Assembly: GCA_039794845.1 (NCBI GenBank)
Contig: JAUQVK010000019.1
Location: forward strand, 1 to 25,614
DNA: 25,614 nt
Direction: 5' to 3'
From: Thermostichus sp. DRC_bins_24
Lineage (GTDB): Bacteria; Cyanobacteriota; Cyanobacteriia; Thermostichales; Thermostichaceae
The position numbers and the translations under genes were made by a program. The notes beneath the pieces are model-generated. The model was not told where the DNA came from and did no database searches. It was given only the letters and a program-made list of their open reading frames with translations. Of the stretch, positions 1-9,116 are shown piece after piece. Within the stretch, counting starts at the first letter, position 1; every line of letters starts with the position of its first letter.

Positions 1-132
1 GGGGGAAAGTAAACCCAAAAGGATAAGCTTAAAAAACTCGAAGCTTCGTACTTCAGGAAAGTGGGGGCGGTAGGTTTCACAGTAGTCATCAATGACTTGA
101 AGGGTGGGTGGTGCCTGACGAGCTAAAGTCAT
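1..132 (-). mobile_element. IS701-family transposase, 5' end (runs off the window); element end probably near 193
   Basis: Manual translation from ATG at 132: MTLARQAPPTLQVIDDYCETYRPHFPEVRSFEFFKLILLGLLSP. This matches the recalled N-terminus of cyanobacterial IS701 transposases (PT..F/IDxYC..Y...F.xVRSFExFK.L..G..S). ACTGACGAAAGAGG at 179-192 resembles an IS701 terminal inverted repeat. Confidence 0.8.
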
Positions 133-374
133 GGCCGGGTAAGGAGTTCAGCTTCTTCCTCAAGCCTAGCCTCCCCATACTGACGAAAGAGGCTTACAGA
201 GCAGCAGCAACATTCGTAGTACCTTGAAAGGGTTCATGTGCCTCTGTTCTAGCTGTTCAAGCAGAAAGTGTATCGTTCGTATCGTTCTTATTTGGTTGGA
301 GTGACTATACTTGTTTGTGAGAGTTTGAGCCTGTCTGTCGTCGCACCACTTCACCCATCTTCAGCCTTTTTCGG

Positions 375-821
375 TTACTTCATGTCAGCCGTGGGATCGT
401 AAAGCACCACATTTTCTTGCTCATTGGGATCATTGCGAGCCACCAGCGCATAGGCCGGCTCATGGGGATCCAGATTAAAAGGCTGATGGGGCACGCCGGG
501 GGGGATAAAAATAAAATCTCCTGCTTCGTTGATCACCGATTGCTTCAGTCCAGGGCCATACCGGGTTTCCACCCGACCTTTGAGCAGATAAATGGCCGTT
601 TCGTAGTCGCGGTGAAAATGGGGTTCTGCCGTGCCACCCGGCGGGATTACCACCCGGTTCATGGAAATGCCCTTGGCCCCCGCGGTGGCCTGGGAAATGC
701 CGACAAAATAGGGCAGCTTTTGCAGGGTTTGGGTTTCTGCTGCCGGGCGCACCGTGACGATGCCCGCTCCACCGAGATCCAAAGGGGCTGAGGGATCCTC
801 AGCATGGGCAAGAGAAGTCAT
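375..821 (-). CDS. Cupin-domain protein (RmlC-like)
   Basis: Cupin motifs PHFHRDYETAIY and GDFIFIPPGVPHQP. Start taken at ATG 821; the ORF extends to 851. Confidence 0.85.
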   Translation of the reverse strand: MTSLAHAEDPSAPLDLGGAGIVTVRPAAETQTLQKLPYFVGISQATAGAKGISMNRVVIPPGGTAEPHFHRDYETAIYLLKGRVETRYGPGLKQSVINEAGDFIFIPPGVPHQPFNLDPHEPAYALVARNDPNEQENVVLYDPTADMK

Positions 822-1056
822 GCCTGGCCTGCCTTGAGTGTCGATCTGCATCTCGATGCTAGCAATCTCAGTCCAAGGGATCCCAGATAGGGACGGATAA
901 CTGCCCTCGTCGCCACCGGGTTCAGGAGGGATACTGGAGATAGAGGATAGATTTAACTTCTATCGGTGCGGATCCTGTGTTGAGCAATCCCGAAAGGGAT
1001 CCCTATCGAGTTTGGGCTGCAAGCGGAGGTCAAGAGTGGCTGCACAAACATTGGTA

Positions 1057-2415
1057 ATGGATGCGGTGGAACAGTTGGGCCTGAGGGTCACTCTGGGAGA
1101 TATCGCTGCTAGCACAGGCTTAGCGTTACACGAGGCCAAACAAGAGCTGCTGAATCTGGCGCAAAAGGCAGAGGGGCATCTCCAAGTTTCGGAACAGGGA
1201 GAAATTGCCTACGTTTTCCCACGGGGGTTTCGCAGCATTCTCAGCCGCAAAGAACAACAAGACCGAGTTGCCGCCCTGCGCCGCAAACTGTGGGGGGGCT
1301 TCCTCTATGGGTTGCGGGTTTCTTTCGGCATCATGCTGGTGGTGTCGATTGTTTTGATCATCTTGGCGTTGATCGCGCTGCAGATGGCGGCCAGCCGTGG
1401 AGACAACAACGACAGTCGCAGTCGGTCGCGCGGGTTGGGTTTTTACTACTTCCCCAACCTTTGGATCGGCAACCCCTTTTGGCAGCCCTATCCTTACTAC
1501 GGCTACCGAGGCTATTCCGGTCGGGGGCGTTCCAAGCCACAACCCCAAGAAAAATCCGAGCTGAATTTTCTGGAGGCGGTGTATAGCTTTCTGTTCGGCG
1601 ATGGGGATCCCAATGCCGACCTGGAAGAAAAGCGCTATGCCCTGATTGGCCAGGTGATTCGGGCCAACGGTGGGGTGATTGCAGCCGAGCAGGTGTTGCC
1701 CTACCTGGATGTGGAGCCGGGATCCGCTGCTCTGGAATACGAAGACTACATGCTGCCGATTTTGGCCAAATTCGATGGCCAGCCGGAAGTGAGCGAAGAG
1801 GGAGATATTGTCTATCGCTTCCCCGAGTTGCAGGTGGTGGCGGCAGAGCGCAAGTCGTTTGCGTCAGCGGGCCCTGGGGGCCAGCGGATCCCTGGCGCAC
1901 TGCAAGAGAAACCTTGGATCTTTAGCCGCGCCACATCCGGCCAACTGACCTTAGCCGGTGGATTGGGGGTGCTTAACTTCTTCTTGGCGGCCATTCTCTA
2001 TGGCGCTCGCGGTGAGGTGGCAGCGGCAGCAGGGAGCAATGCCTTTTTGGCGTTTATTTATCCGTTGATCGGGTTTCTCTTCCTCTACGGCACGCTCTTT
2101 TTGGCTGTGCCCACGATTCGCTGGTTTACCCTGCAGGCTCGCAATCAACAGGTGGAGCGTCGCAATCGCATCCGGCAGTTTTGGCAAGAGAAGCTGAAGA
2201 ATCCCACCGAGGCGCTGCGGCGCAAGTTGAATTTTGCCCGTCGCTTCAGCCGTCAAGAGGTGGTGCAGGAGTCGGACATCATCTACTCCACCGATCGGGA
2301 TCTGATCGAGCAGCGAGACTATCGCCTGGATCAGGCGGAGTTCCGCCAACTTGTGGAATCGGAAGCCCAGCAGGAGTACCCGGAAACCGAACAAGTGCGC
2401 AAGCGTCGCCCCTAA
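1057..2415 (+). CDS. Conserved cyanobacterial/plastid membrane protein (At5g03900-like)
   Basis: Long ORF with RVTLGDIAA..GL, GHLQVSEQGEIAYVFP, NFLEAVYSFLFGDGDPN and FDGQPEVSEEGDIVYRFPELQ motifs plus TM segments. Start uncertain (1012/1036/1057). Confidence 0.75.
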   Translation: MDAVEQLGLRVTLGDIAASTGLALHEAKQELLNLAQKAEGHLQVSEQGEIAYVFPRGFRSILSRKEQQDRVAALRRKLWGGFLYGLRVSFGIMLVVSIVLIILALIALQMAASRGDNNDSRSRSRGLGFYYFPNLWIGNPFWQPYPYYGYRGYSGRGRSKPQPQEKSELNFLEAVYSFLFGDGDPNADLEEKRYALIGQVIRANGGVIAAEQVLPYLDVEPGSAALEYEDYMLPILAKFDGQPEVSEEGDIVYRFPELQVVAAERKSFASAGPGGQRIPGALQEKPWIFSRATSGQLTLAGGLGVLNFFLAAILYGARGEVAAAAGSNAFLAFIYPLIGFLFLYGTLFLAVPTIRWFTLQARNQQVERRNRIRQFWQEKLKNPTEALRRKLNFARRFSRQEVVQESDIIYSTDRDLIEQRDYRLDQAEFRQLVESEAQQEYPETEQVRKRRP

Positions 2416-2457
2416 AAACGGCCCGACAATGGACACATCCATTGGGAGTGGCTGGCT

Positions 2458-4539
2458 GTGGAAATGGGGGCAATTGAACCATTGGATCCATCGAAAGATC
2501 CGCTGAAAGCAGATGTGAAAACGGGTGCCGGGGAGCAGCAACCCCGTCAGGGTTTGGTTCGCCTGGGGATCGATGTGGGAGGCACCTTTACGGATTTGGT
2601 GCTGTTGCGGGATGGCCAAATGCGGACGGCAAAGGTGCTTTCTACCCCCAACCCAGAAGCAGGTGTGTTTGCAGCACTCGACAAGATCGGCGAGGTTGAG
2701 ATCCACCTGTTTTGTCATGGCATGACGGTGGCCACCAACGCCCTGCTTGAGCGCAAGGGATCCCCCACCTTATTTCTAACCACGGCGGGCTTTCGGGATG
2801 TGCTGGCCATTGCCCGCCAAAACCGCCCCTCTTTGTACGATCTGACGCAGCCGAAGCCGGAGCCGGTGGTGCCCCGTCACCATTGCATAGAAGTCAGGGA
2901 GCGCTGTAGCGTTGCCGGGGTCTTAGAAGCACTGACAGATTCAGAAATTGAGCGGGTGTTGCAGCTCGTGGCGGAGCGGGTTCACCGGGATGGGATCCGC
3001 GCCATCGGGGTGGGTTTTTTGTTTTCATTTCTTTACCCCGAGCACGAACAACGGCTGGGATCCGCCCTCAGGCAGGCTTTCCCAGACTTGCACGTCTCCC
3101 TGTCTTGTGAAGTAGCACCTGAGTTTCGAGAATACGAGCGCTTCAGCACCACCGCCATCGATGCCTACCTCAGCCCCGCTTTGGCCGGTTACCTGCACCA
3201 ACTGGCCCAGGGCTGTCAGGCCAGAGGGATCCCGCAGCCGCTGATCATGCAGTCTTCCGGGGGGGTTACCTCGATTGCGCAGGCGGCAGCCCATGCTTCG
3301 GTGGCGTTGCTCTCGGGGCCAGCGGGAGGAGTGTATGGGGGAGCTTATCTGGGCAAATTGAGCGGCTACCCGCATCTGCTTAGCTTGGATATGGGGGGGA
3401 CCAGCACGGATGTGGCCCTGATCCAGAACGGGATCCCACAGGTGAGCCCGGCAGCGGTGGTGTGTGGATTGCCCGTACAACAGCCCCAGATCGATCTGCA
3501 TACGGTCAGTGCGGGCGGCGGATCCCTGGCGCAACTGCTCCCCGGCGGCGGGTTACAGGTGGGGCCCGAAAGTGCCGGATCCCAGCCGGGGCCGGCCTGC
3601 TATGGGCGGGGGGGAACAGCGCCTACCGTCACAGATGCCAATCTCTGGTTGGGGTACTTGCCGGATGGGGGTTGGCTGGGGGAGTCGGTTCAGCTGCGGC
3701 GGGACTTGGCCGAGCAGGCAATTCGCAAGGTAGCGGATCCCTTGGGCTTAAGCCTGGCGGAAACCGCTGTGGGCATTCGCACTCTGGCCAATGGAGCGAT
3801 GTCGCAGGCCCTGCGGGTGATCAGTGTAGAACGGGGCCTGGATCCGGCGGATTTTGCCCTGTTGGCCTTTGGGGGGGCAGGGCCGATGCATGCCTGTGCC
3901 CTGGCAGAAGCATTGGGCATCCGCAGGATCTTGATCCCGGCGGCCTGTGGGGTCCTCTCGGCGCTGGGCATGGCCCTGGCGGATTTGCGGCGAGACTATC
4001 GGCGGGCGGTATTACAACCGCTCCCACACCTCGGCTTGGAGGGATCCCACCTCGGGCAGTGGGCGGAGCCCCTCATTCACCAGGCCCAAACGGATTTGCA
4101 GGAGCCAGCGCTGCACTTCAGCCTCGACTTGCGCTATCGCGGACAGTCTTTTGAGTTAGAAATCCCGGTGCAGCTGTCGGATCCCATCTCTCTCGTCGAG
4201 CAGCAGTTTCACCAAACCCACCAACAGCGCTATGGCTGGCAGGATCCCACCCAAACCGTGGAGGTGATCCAGTTGCGCCTGCGGGCGGTGCAAGCTCTCC
4301 CCACGGTTCCTCTAACCCCCCCCACCCCCTTGGCCGGGGATCCGCTGCGGGGGGAGCGGCGAGCTTGGTTTGCGGGGAGAATGCGCCAGGTGCCCATTTA
4401 CGACCGGCGGCGTTTGGGTCCAGGGTTTCGGCTGGAGGGGCCGGCGATTGTGGAGATGCCGGAGGCGACGGCGGTGATCGAGGTGGGCTGGAAGGGTAAC
4501 ATCGACGCGGTGGGCACTTTAATCTTGAGCCAATCTTGA
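2458..4539 (+). CDS. Hydantoinase/5-oxoprolinase family, A (ATP-binding) subunit
   Basis: Motifs GIDVGGTFTD, HGMTVATNALLERKG, SGPAGG, DMGGTSTDV, GPESAGSQPGPACYGRGG..PTVTDA and FGGAGPMHA. Confidence 0.92.
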   Translation: MEMGAIEPLDPSKDPLKADVKTGAGEQQPRQGLVRLGIDVGGTFTDLVLLRDGQMRTAKVLSTPNPEAGVFAALDKIGEVEIHLFCHGMTVATNALLERKGSPTLFLTTAGFRDVLAIARQNRPSLYDLTQPKPEPVVPRHHCIEVRERCSVAGVLEALTDSEIERVLQLVAERVHRDGIRAIGVGFLFSFLYPEHEQRLGSALRQAFPDLHVSLSCEVAPEFREYERFSTTAIDAYLSPALAGYLHQLAQGCQARGIPQPLIMQSSGGVTSIAQAAAHASVALLSGPAGGVYGGAYLGKLSGYPHLLSLDMGGTSTDVALIQNGIPQVSPAAVVCGLPVQQPQIDLHTVSAGGGSLAQLLPGGGLQVGPESAGSQPGPACYGRGGTAPTVTDANLWLGYLPDGGWLGESVQLRRDLAEQAIRKVADPLGLSLAETAVGIRTLANGAMSQALRVISVERGLDPADFALLAFGGAGPMHACALAEALGIRRILIPAACGVLSALGMALADLRRDYRRAVLQPLPHLGLEGSHLGQWAEPLIHQAQTDLQEPALHFSLDLRYRGQSFELEIPVQLSDPISLVEQQFHQTHQQRYGWQDPTQTVEVIQLRLRAVQALPTVPLTPPTPLAGDPLRGERRAWFAGRMRQVPIYDRRRLGPGFRLEGPAIVEMPEATAVIEVGWKGNIDAVGTLILSQS

Positions 4540-4562
4540 GTCGCGAGCAAGCCCGTCCGCAG

Positions 4563-5351
4563 TCAGTCTAGGTAATCCAGTTGCTCCAGCAAATCCGGAT
4601 CCGCCAACTTTTGTAGGGAGAGTCGCGCATCATCTCGCACCCCCAAATCGGGATCGCTGCTGGCACTGGCCAGAAGCTGTCTTGTCAAGGTTCGGTAAAG
4701 GGTTTGATCCACAGGGGGATCCCCGAGAGCCTGCTTCACTTGTTGCCCCAGGATGCCCAAGCTCCAGGCACAATTGCCTCGCACGGGTGCGATTGGATCC
4801 CGAGCCAACCCCTGACAAAGGGCCGTCCCCACCTCGTGCAATGCTGCACCGGGCAACACTTGCGCTTGGGCCAGTTGTCCGAGGGCGCTGGCGGCCCACA
4901 GTCGCACCGCCGTGATATCTCCCGCCAACACTTCGATCAACACCGGATAGGCGCGGGGATCCTTGGCATTGCCCAGCGCCCAGACCAAACCTTTGCGCAC
5001 ATAGCCGTTCCAATCCCAGCGCAAGCTCTCGATCAGCACCTCCACCCCACAGGGTGCGCCAGGCTCCGGCGCACAGGGATCCGGATTGCGCCCCAACGCA
5101 TAGGCTGCCCCCACCCGCACCAGCGGACAGGGATCCCGTACCAAGGCCAACAGATGCTTGACGGCCCGGGGTTCTTCGATGTCACAGAAGGCGCGCGCCG
5201 CCTGCATCCGCAAGTAGGGATCTGGATCCTGCAATTGTTGCAGCATCAGCTCCACATCCACCTCTGAAGGCGGGTGAGGAGGCAGTTCGTCTAGAGGCTC
5301 GAGTGGGGAAAAAGCGTCTTCGAACATGAAAGGGTGCCTTTGGCGGGTCAT
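4563..5351 (-). CDS. HEAT-repeat / PBS lyase-like protein
   Basis: Repeated VR..AA.ALG units (VRVGAAYALG, VRKGLVWALG, VRLWAASALG, VRGNCAWSLG). Confidence 0.88.
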   Translation of the reverse strand: MTRQRHPFMFEDAFSPLEPLDELPPHPPSEVDVELMLQQLQDPDPYLRMQAARAFCDIEEPRAVKHLLALVRDPCPLVRVGAAYALGRNPDPCAPEPGAPCGVEVLIESLRWDWNGYVRKGLVWALGNAKDPRAYPVLIEVLAGDITAVRLWAASALGQLAQAQVLPGAALHEVGTALCQGLARDPIAPVRGNCAWSLGILGQQVKQALGDPPVDQTLYRTLTRQLLASASSDPDLGVRDDARLSLQKLADPDLLEQLDYLD

Positions 5352-5460
5352 GCCTCTGGCAGGGAGGGCGCGAGCGCTAGGGTACAGCGAAAGCCACAGG
5401 GAAGCAATGTTCCCAAAACCGGAACACCGCAGCGGAGCTGTCCATCCTTACTGCCGCCCA

Positions 5461-6210
5461 TCATAAACTGCTGGGATCCCCAGACTGCTGTTCTTCTTGC
5501 AGTTGGGTTGTCGGAAATGTAAGCAAGTCCGCTCCTTCCACCACCCGTGCCGAGCGGATCACATCCCCCACCTGTAGGCGATCCACCCACTCCATCCCTT
5601 CGATAACGTAGCCAAACACCGCATAGCGCCCATCCAAAATTGGCAGCGAAGCAAGGCTGATATAAAACTGGGAAGAGGCCGAATCCAGCGGGCTGGAACG
5701 GGCCATGGCCACTGCCCCCGAACGATGGGGGAGCGCCAAATTGCGCAAAGCGACAGGATCCTCGATCAAGGTGTTGTAGCGGGGGTGGGGTTCCCCGCGC
5801 ACCTGAATTTCCAGCGGCAGGGTGCGTATGCGGTTGCCCCCCGGCTCCAGGGCCCCCCCTGTGCCATCACCCCGCGGATCCCCCCCCTGCACCACAAAAG
5901 GCTGCGGATCTTTTTCCACCCGATGGAAGGTAAGACCGTTGTAAAAGCCACGCTGAACCAAATCCACAAACTGGCCACCGGTGAGGGGAGCGGCCTCGCC
6001 GTGGATCTCCAGAGTTACCTTTCCCAGCCCTGCCTGAGCCGTCTGTACCTCCAACTCCACCACCGCTTTGCCTTGCAGTTGCGGGCGATCGGCATAGAGG
6101 CTGGGGATCCCCGTCTGGGAGTCCGATGGTGGAGCTGGACCGCGACAAGCGAGCAAGCCGAGACACAGGTGCCCCAGAGCCAAGCCAAATCCTGCTCTGT
6201 ACCGATTCAT
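5461..6210 (-). CDS. Cyclophilin-type peptidyl-prolyl isomerase, probable lipoprotein
   Basis: GFYNGLTFHRV, VVQGGDP, GAVAMARS, SASSQFYI and LDGRYAVFGYV motifs; lipobox-like LLAC after the signal peptide. Start taken at ATG 6210. Confidence 0.92.
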   Translation of the reverse strand: MNRYRAGFGLALGHLCLGLLACRGPAPPSDSQTGIPSLYADRPQLQGKAVVELEVQTAQAGLGKVTLEIHGEAAPLTGGQFVDLVQRGFYNGLTFHRVEKDPQPFVVQGGDPRGDGTGGALEPGGNRIRTLPLEIQVRGEPHPRYNTLIEDPVALRNLALPHRSGAVAMARSSPLDSASSQFYISLASLPILDGRYAVFGYVIEGMEWVDRLQVGDVIRSARVVEGADLLTFPTTQLQEEQQSGDPSSL

Positions 6211-6302
6211 GTGTGCAATCTCCCTAATCTCCCTCCCCAATGCCTGGCCGCTCCAGCCGCCGTTCTCACCCAAAGACCTTTATCAAGAGCGGATCCCAGC
6301 CC

Positions 6303-7058
6303 TTAAATCTGCTGGGATAACCCCAACTGCAAGGTGACGCTTTGGGCGCCATTGCTCACCCCCACACCGTAGGGGCTAATGGAAGTAACCCGCCAGTCGG
6401 CCTTGACCGCATGGCCCACCGGCACCTGCCGCACCACATTGTCGATCAGGATCAGGGCCTTAGGGTCGCCCGGATCGTGGATTAATCCCACCAATTTCAT
6501 CCGTGGCATAGGCTGGGATGGGATCCGCCGCGCCGGGACTGGAGGCGCCGGCACCACAGCTGGGGGAGGAGGGGCACTGGCCACAACAGCAGGGACAGTG
6601 ACGGGCTTCGAGTCTGGGGTGGCCGTTGATGATTCTGTCTCCACTGGGGATTCTTCAGGCGGCTTCTCCGTGGCCGAGGTCAGCAAGGGCTCCTGATCCA
6701 CCGGAGAAAGAGGTGCTTCAGCTAAGGGATCCCCTTCTGTGGGGTTGCTCAGCCAAGAGCGCTCAGCCCCGGAAAAAATCACCGGCCGTGGGCGTAAGGT
6801 CATCCAGAAGGCCAACCCCGCCACCAACGTAGCCGCAAGAGCCATGCCCAGCAGCATTCCCCCAGAAGCCGAAGAACGTCGCGAACGCAACGGGGGCCGC
6901 GTACCGAAATAGGGATATTCCTCCTCTGCCAGCCCCTCGTCAAGGCTGTGTTCCAGATCGTCAAACAGCTCATCCAACAGAGAGTCCGCCTGCCTCGCTT
7001 GGCTGGAGGACATCCAAGGGGAACGGCGGCTTGCGGCTGACGTATCAAGCCCAGACAT
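6303..7058 (-). CDS. Single-pass membrane protein with Pro-rich linker and C-terminal beta domain (GspC/PilP-like)
   Basis: Acidic N-terminal LLDELFDDLE, one TM helix, Pro-rich stretch, and C-terminal LVGLI...ALILID....VPVG...WRVTSI pattern. Confidence 0.6.
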   Translation of the reverse strand: MSGLDTSAASRRSPWMSSSQARQADSLLDELFDDLEHSLDEGLAEEEYPYFGTRPPLRSRRSSASGGMLLGMALAATLVAGLAFWMTLRPRPVIFSGAERSWLSNPTEGDPLAEAPLSPVDQEPLLTSATEKPPEESPVETESSTATPDSKPVTVPAVVASAPPPPAVVPAPPVPARRIPSQPMPRMKLVGLIHDPGDPKALILIDNVVRQVPVGHAVKADWRVTSISPYGVGVSNGAQSVTLQLGLSQQI

Positions 7059-7148
7059 AGAACCTCCCAGATCCGAACAGCGGGGAGCCCGAACGGAGTC
7101 GAGACACTTGGCCGCCAGCAGCCGCCCAACCGAACTGACCTGCTCCCC

Positions 7149-8084
7149 CTACAGGAGGCGTAGCTCCGGGTACTCAGTCAAAAGCGCATCTGCCGACAGG
7201 GTGTCTCCCTCCAACTGCGGCGTCCACAGCACTTCAAGGGCCACAACCCGCTCCGCCGGGATAGATGCCAACTGCATAAGGCACTGCCGCAGCTCCGCCA
7301 CGGAATGAACTACAGGTAGTGTACCCGAACCTCCGCGATAGGCCACCAATAGTGTGACAACCAAATATTCCCCCATTTCCTTCAGGACATCGGCAGATCC
7401 CTCTAGGGCTGCTCGGGGGGCTTGTTGCAGCCGATTGTTGCGGTTGCTGAGGCTCTCGATGCTGAACTTGCTGCGCTCTTGTAAAGAAGCTTGATAGAAG
7501 AGGGATTCAGCCCGCGAAAGGGGAAGCTTGCCCGCCTCCGCATGGCCGTAGACCCAGTAGTCGCTGTAGCGCATCAGGCTGAGGCTGACATTCTGCAGCA
7601 GTTGGCTCAACCCTTCCGGGGATTGGGTATCGGATTCCAGCGCCAAAGTATTGATCTCTTTCTGCAGTTGCCGGGCACTGGCCAGTAGGCCCACCTTCAC
7701 CTGGGCGACGGTTACCTGCGGGTCACGGATGCCGGTGCTGCCGTCTCCGTCTTCAGAGTCGGTGACAGAGCGCAGGGTGCGAACCAAGAAGCTCCCTGCC
7801 CCGATCAACAGCAGCAGGGTAAACAGGCCGCCACCGCCGCCCCCCCAAAAGAAGGGCAGCAGGAAGGGAAAGCCAAAGCCACCGCCATAGCCACCACTGG
7901 GATACACAGGGGCCGAGCGCGGGCCAATCGAGTGAGGAGCTGAGAAAGTCGGGGCTCGGAAAGAGCCGCCACCGATGCGACCACCACTGCGGGCCCAGAC
8001 GGTGCTCATTGGAGCCAGCGCCAAGATCAAGGCCAAAGCTACGGCCAGCATTGGTCGGCAAAAGCGTCCCAGTTGTTTCAGCAT
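7149..8084 (-). CDS. DUF1517 family protein (FLAP1-like)
   Basis: Signal peptide followed by ARSGGRIGGGSFRAP, GGGFGFPF, VGLLASAR.LQ and ALEVLWTPQ.EGDTLS..LLTEYPEL. Start taken at ATG 8084. Confidence 0.88.
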   Translation of the reverse strand: MLKQLGRFCRPMLAVALALILALAPMSTVWARSGGRIGGGSFRAPTFSAPHSIGPRSAPVYPSGGYGGGFGFPFLLPFFWGGGGGGLFTLLLLIGAGSFLVRTLRSVTDSEDGDGSTGIRDPQVTVAQVKVGLLASARQLQKEINTLALESDTQSPEGLSQLLQNVSLSLMRYSDYWVYGHAEAGKLPLSRAESLFYQASLQERSKFSIESLSNRNNRLQQAPRAALEGSADVLKEMGEYLVVTLLVAYRGGSGTLPVVHSVAELRQCLMQLASIPAERVVALEVLWTPQLEGDTLSADALLTEYPELRLL

Positions 8085-8229
8085 GTTCACGGTATTTTCG
8101 TCCCACCAATCTTCCTCGATTGTACGACTTCTCTCGAAAAGGAGCAGGAGAGAGAACCGATCCGCGACCCACCCAGGACTGAGGGGAGGGGGCATGCTAC
8201 CGTCTGGGAGGCAGATTGGTGCAGGAGCC

Positions 8230-9096
8230 ATGCAGACTCAAGTAGAGGTTCAGTCCAAAGAACGGCTGAGGCAATCCCTAAACCCCCAAGCCCAGCGGGA
8301 TATCCGCCTGTTGGTGCTGGATATCGATGGCACGATTGCGGGGCGTTCCAATCAGGTTTCTCTGCCGGTGCGGGAAGCCATTCAAAAAGCTAAGGCCGCC
8401 GGGGTGCGGGTCGCCATTGCCACTGGGCGCATGTATCGCTCAGCGGAGCGGTTTCACGAGGCGATTCAGTCGGATATGCCCCTGTGCAGCTACCAGGGGG
8501 CGTTGATTCGGGATCCCGCCAGCCAAGAAACCCTGAAGCACTGGGCGATGGAGTGGGAACTGGTGGAGGATTTGTTGCAAGCGTTGCAGGATCACCCGCT
8601 GGTGGTTCACCTCTACATTGAGGATCAACTCTACTTGCGGGAACTTAGCCCCCTCAGCCAGGCCTATGCCCGGCGCTCCCAGGTACCCTTTCAGCTGCTC
8701 TCCCCCGCCCAGCGGGGGCAACAGCCCACCAAGCTGCTGGCCATGTCGGAAGATGTTGATTTGATCAGCGAGTTGCTGGGATCCCTGCGGCAACAGTATT
8801 CCCGTGAGCAGCTCTATCTCACCCGTTCCGAGCCGATTTTTCTGGAGGCCACCCATCCGGCGGTGAACAAAGGCAATGCCGTTCGCTTTCTGGCGGAGGA
8901 GGTGTTGGGGTTGTCGGCGGATCAGGTGATGGCGATTGGGGATAGCGACAACGATATCGAGATGATTCAGTACGCGGGCATCGGCGTGGCGATGGGGAAC
9001 GCCTCTGCCGCTTTGTTGCCCCATGCGGACTGGGTCGCCCCTTCGGTGGATCAAGATGGGGTGGTGGCAGCGATTGAAACCTTTATTCTCAGTTAA
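8230..9096 (+). CDS. Cof-type HAD-IIB hydrolase
   Basis: DIDGT, ATGR, NKG and GDSDND.EMIQYAG.GVAMGNA motifs; AGGAG RBS before ATG 8230. Confidence 0.92.
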   Translation: MQTQVEVQSKERLRQSLNPQAQRDIRLLVLDIDGTIAGRSNQVSLPVREAIQKAKAAGVRVAIATGRMYRSAERFHEAIQSDMPLCSYQGALIRDPASQETLKHWAMEWELVEDLLQALQDHPLVVHLYIEDQLYLRELSPLSQAYARRSQVPFQLLSPAQRGQQPTKLLAMSEDVDLISELLGSLRQQYSREQLYLTRSEPIFLEATHPAVNKGNAVRFLAEEVLGLSADQVMAIGDSDNDIEMIQYAGIGVAMGNASAALLPHADWVAPSVDQDGVVAAIETFILS

Positions 9097-9116
9097 TTGG
9101 TAATTGGGATCCGCCG

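Noticed and set aside
166..354. 62-aa minus-strand ORF
   Set aside because: No recognisable motif, and it crosses the probable IS end; likely spurious.
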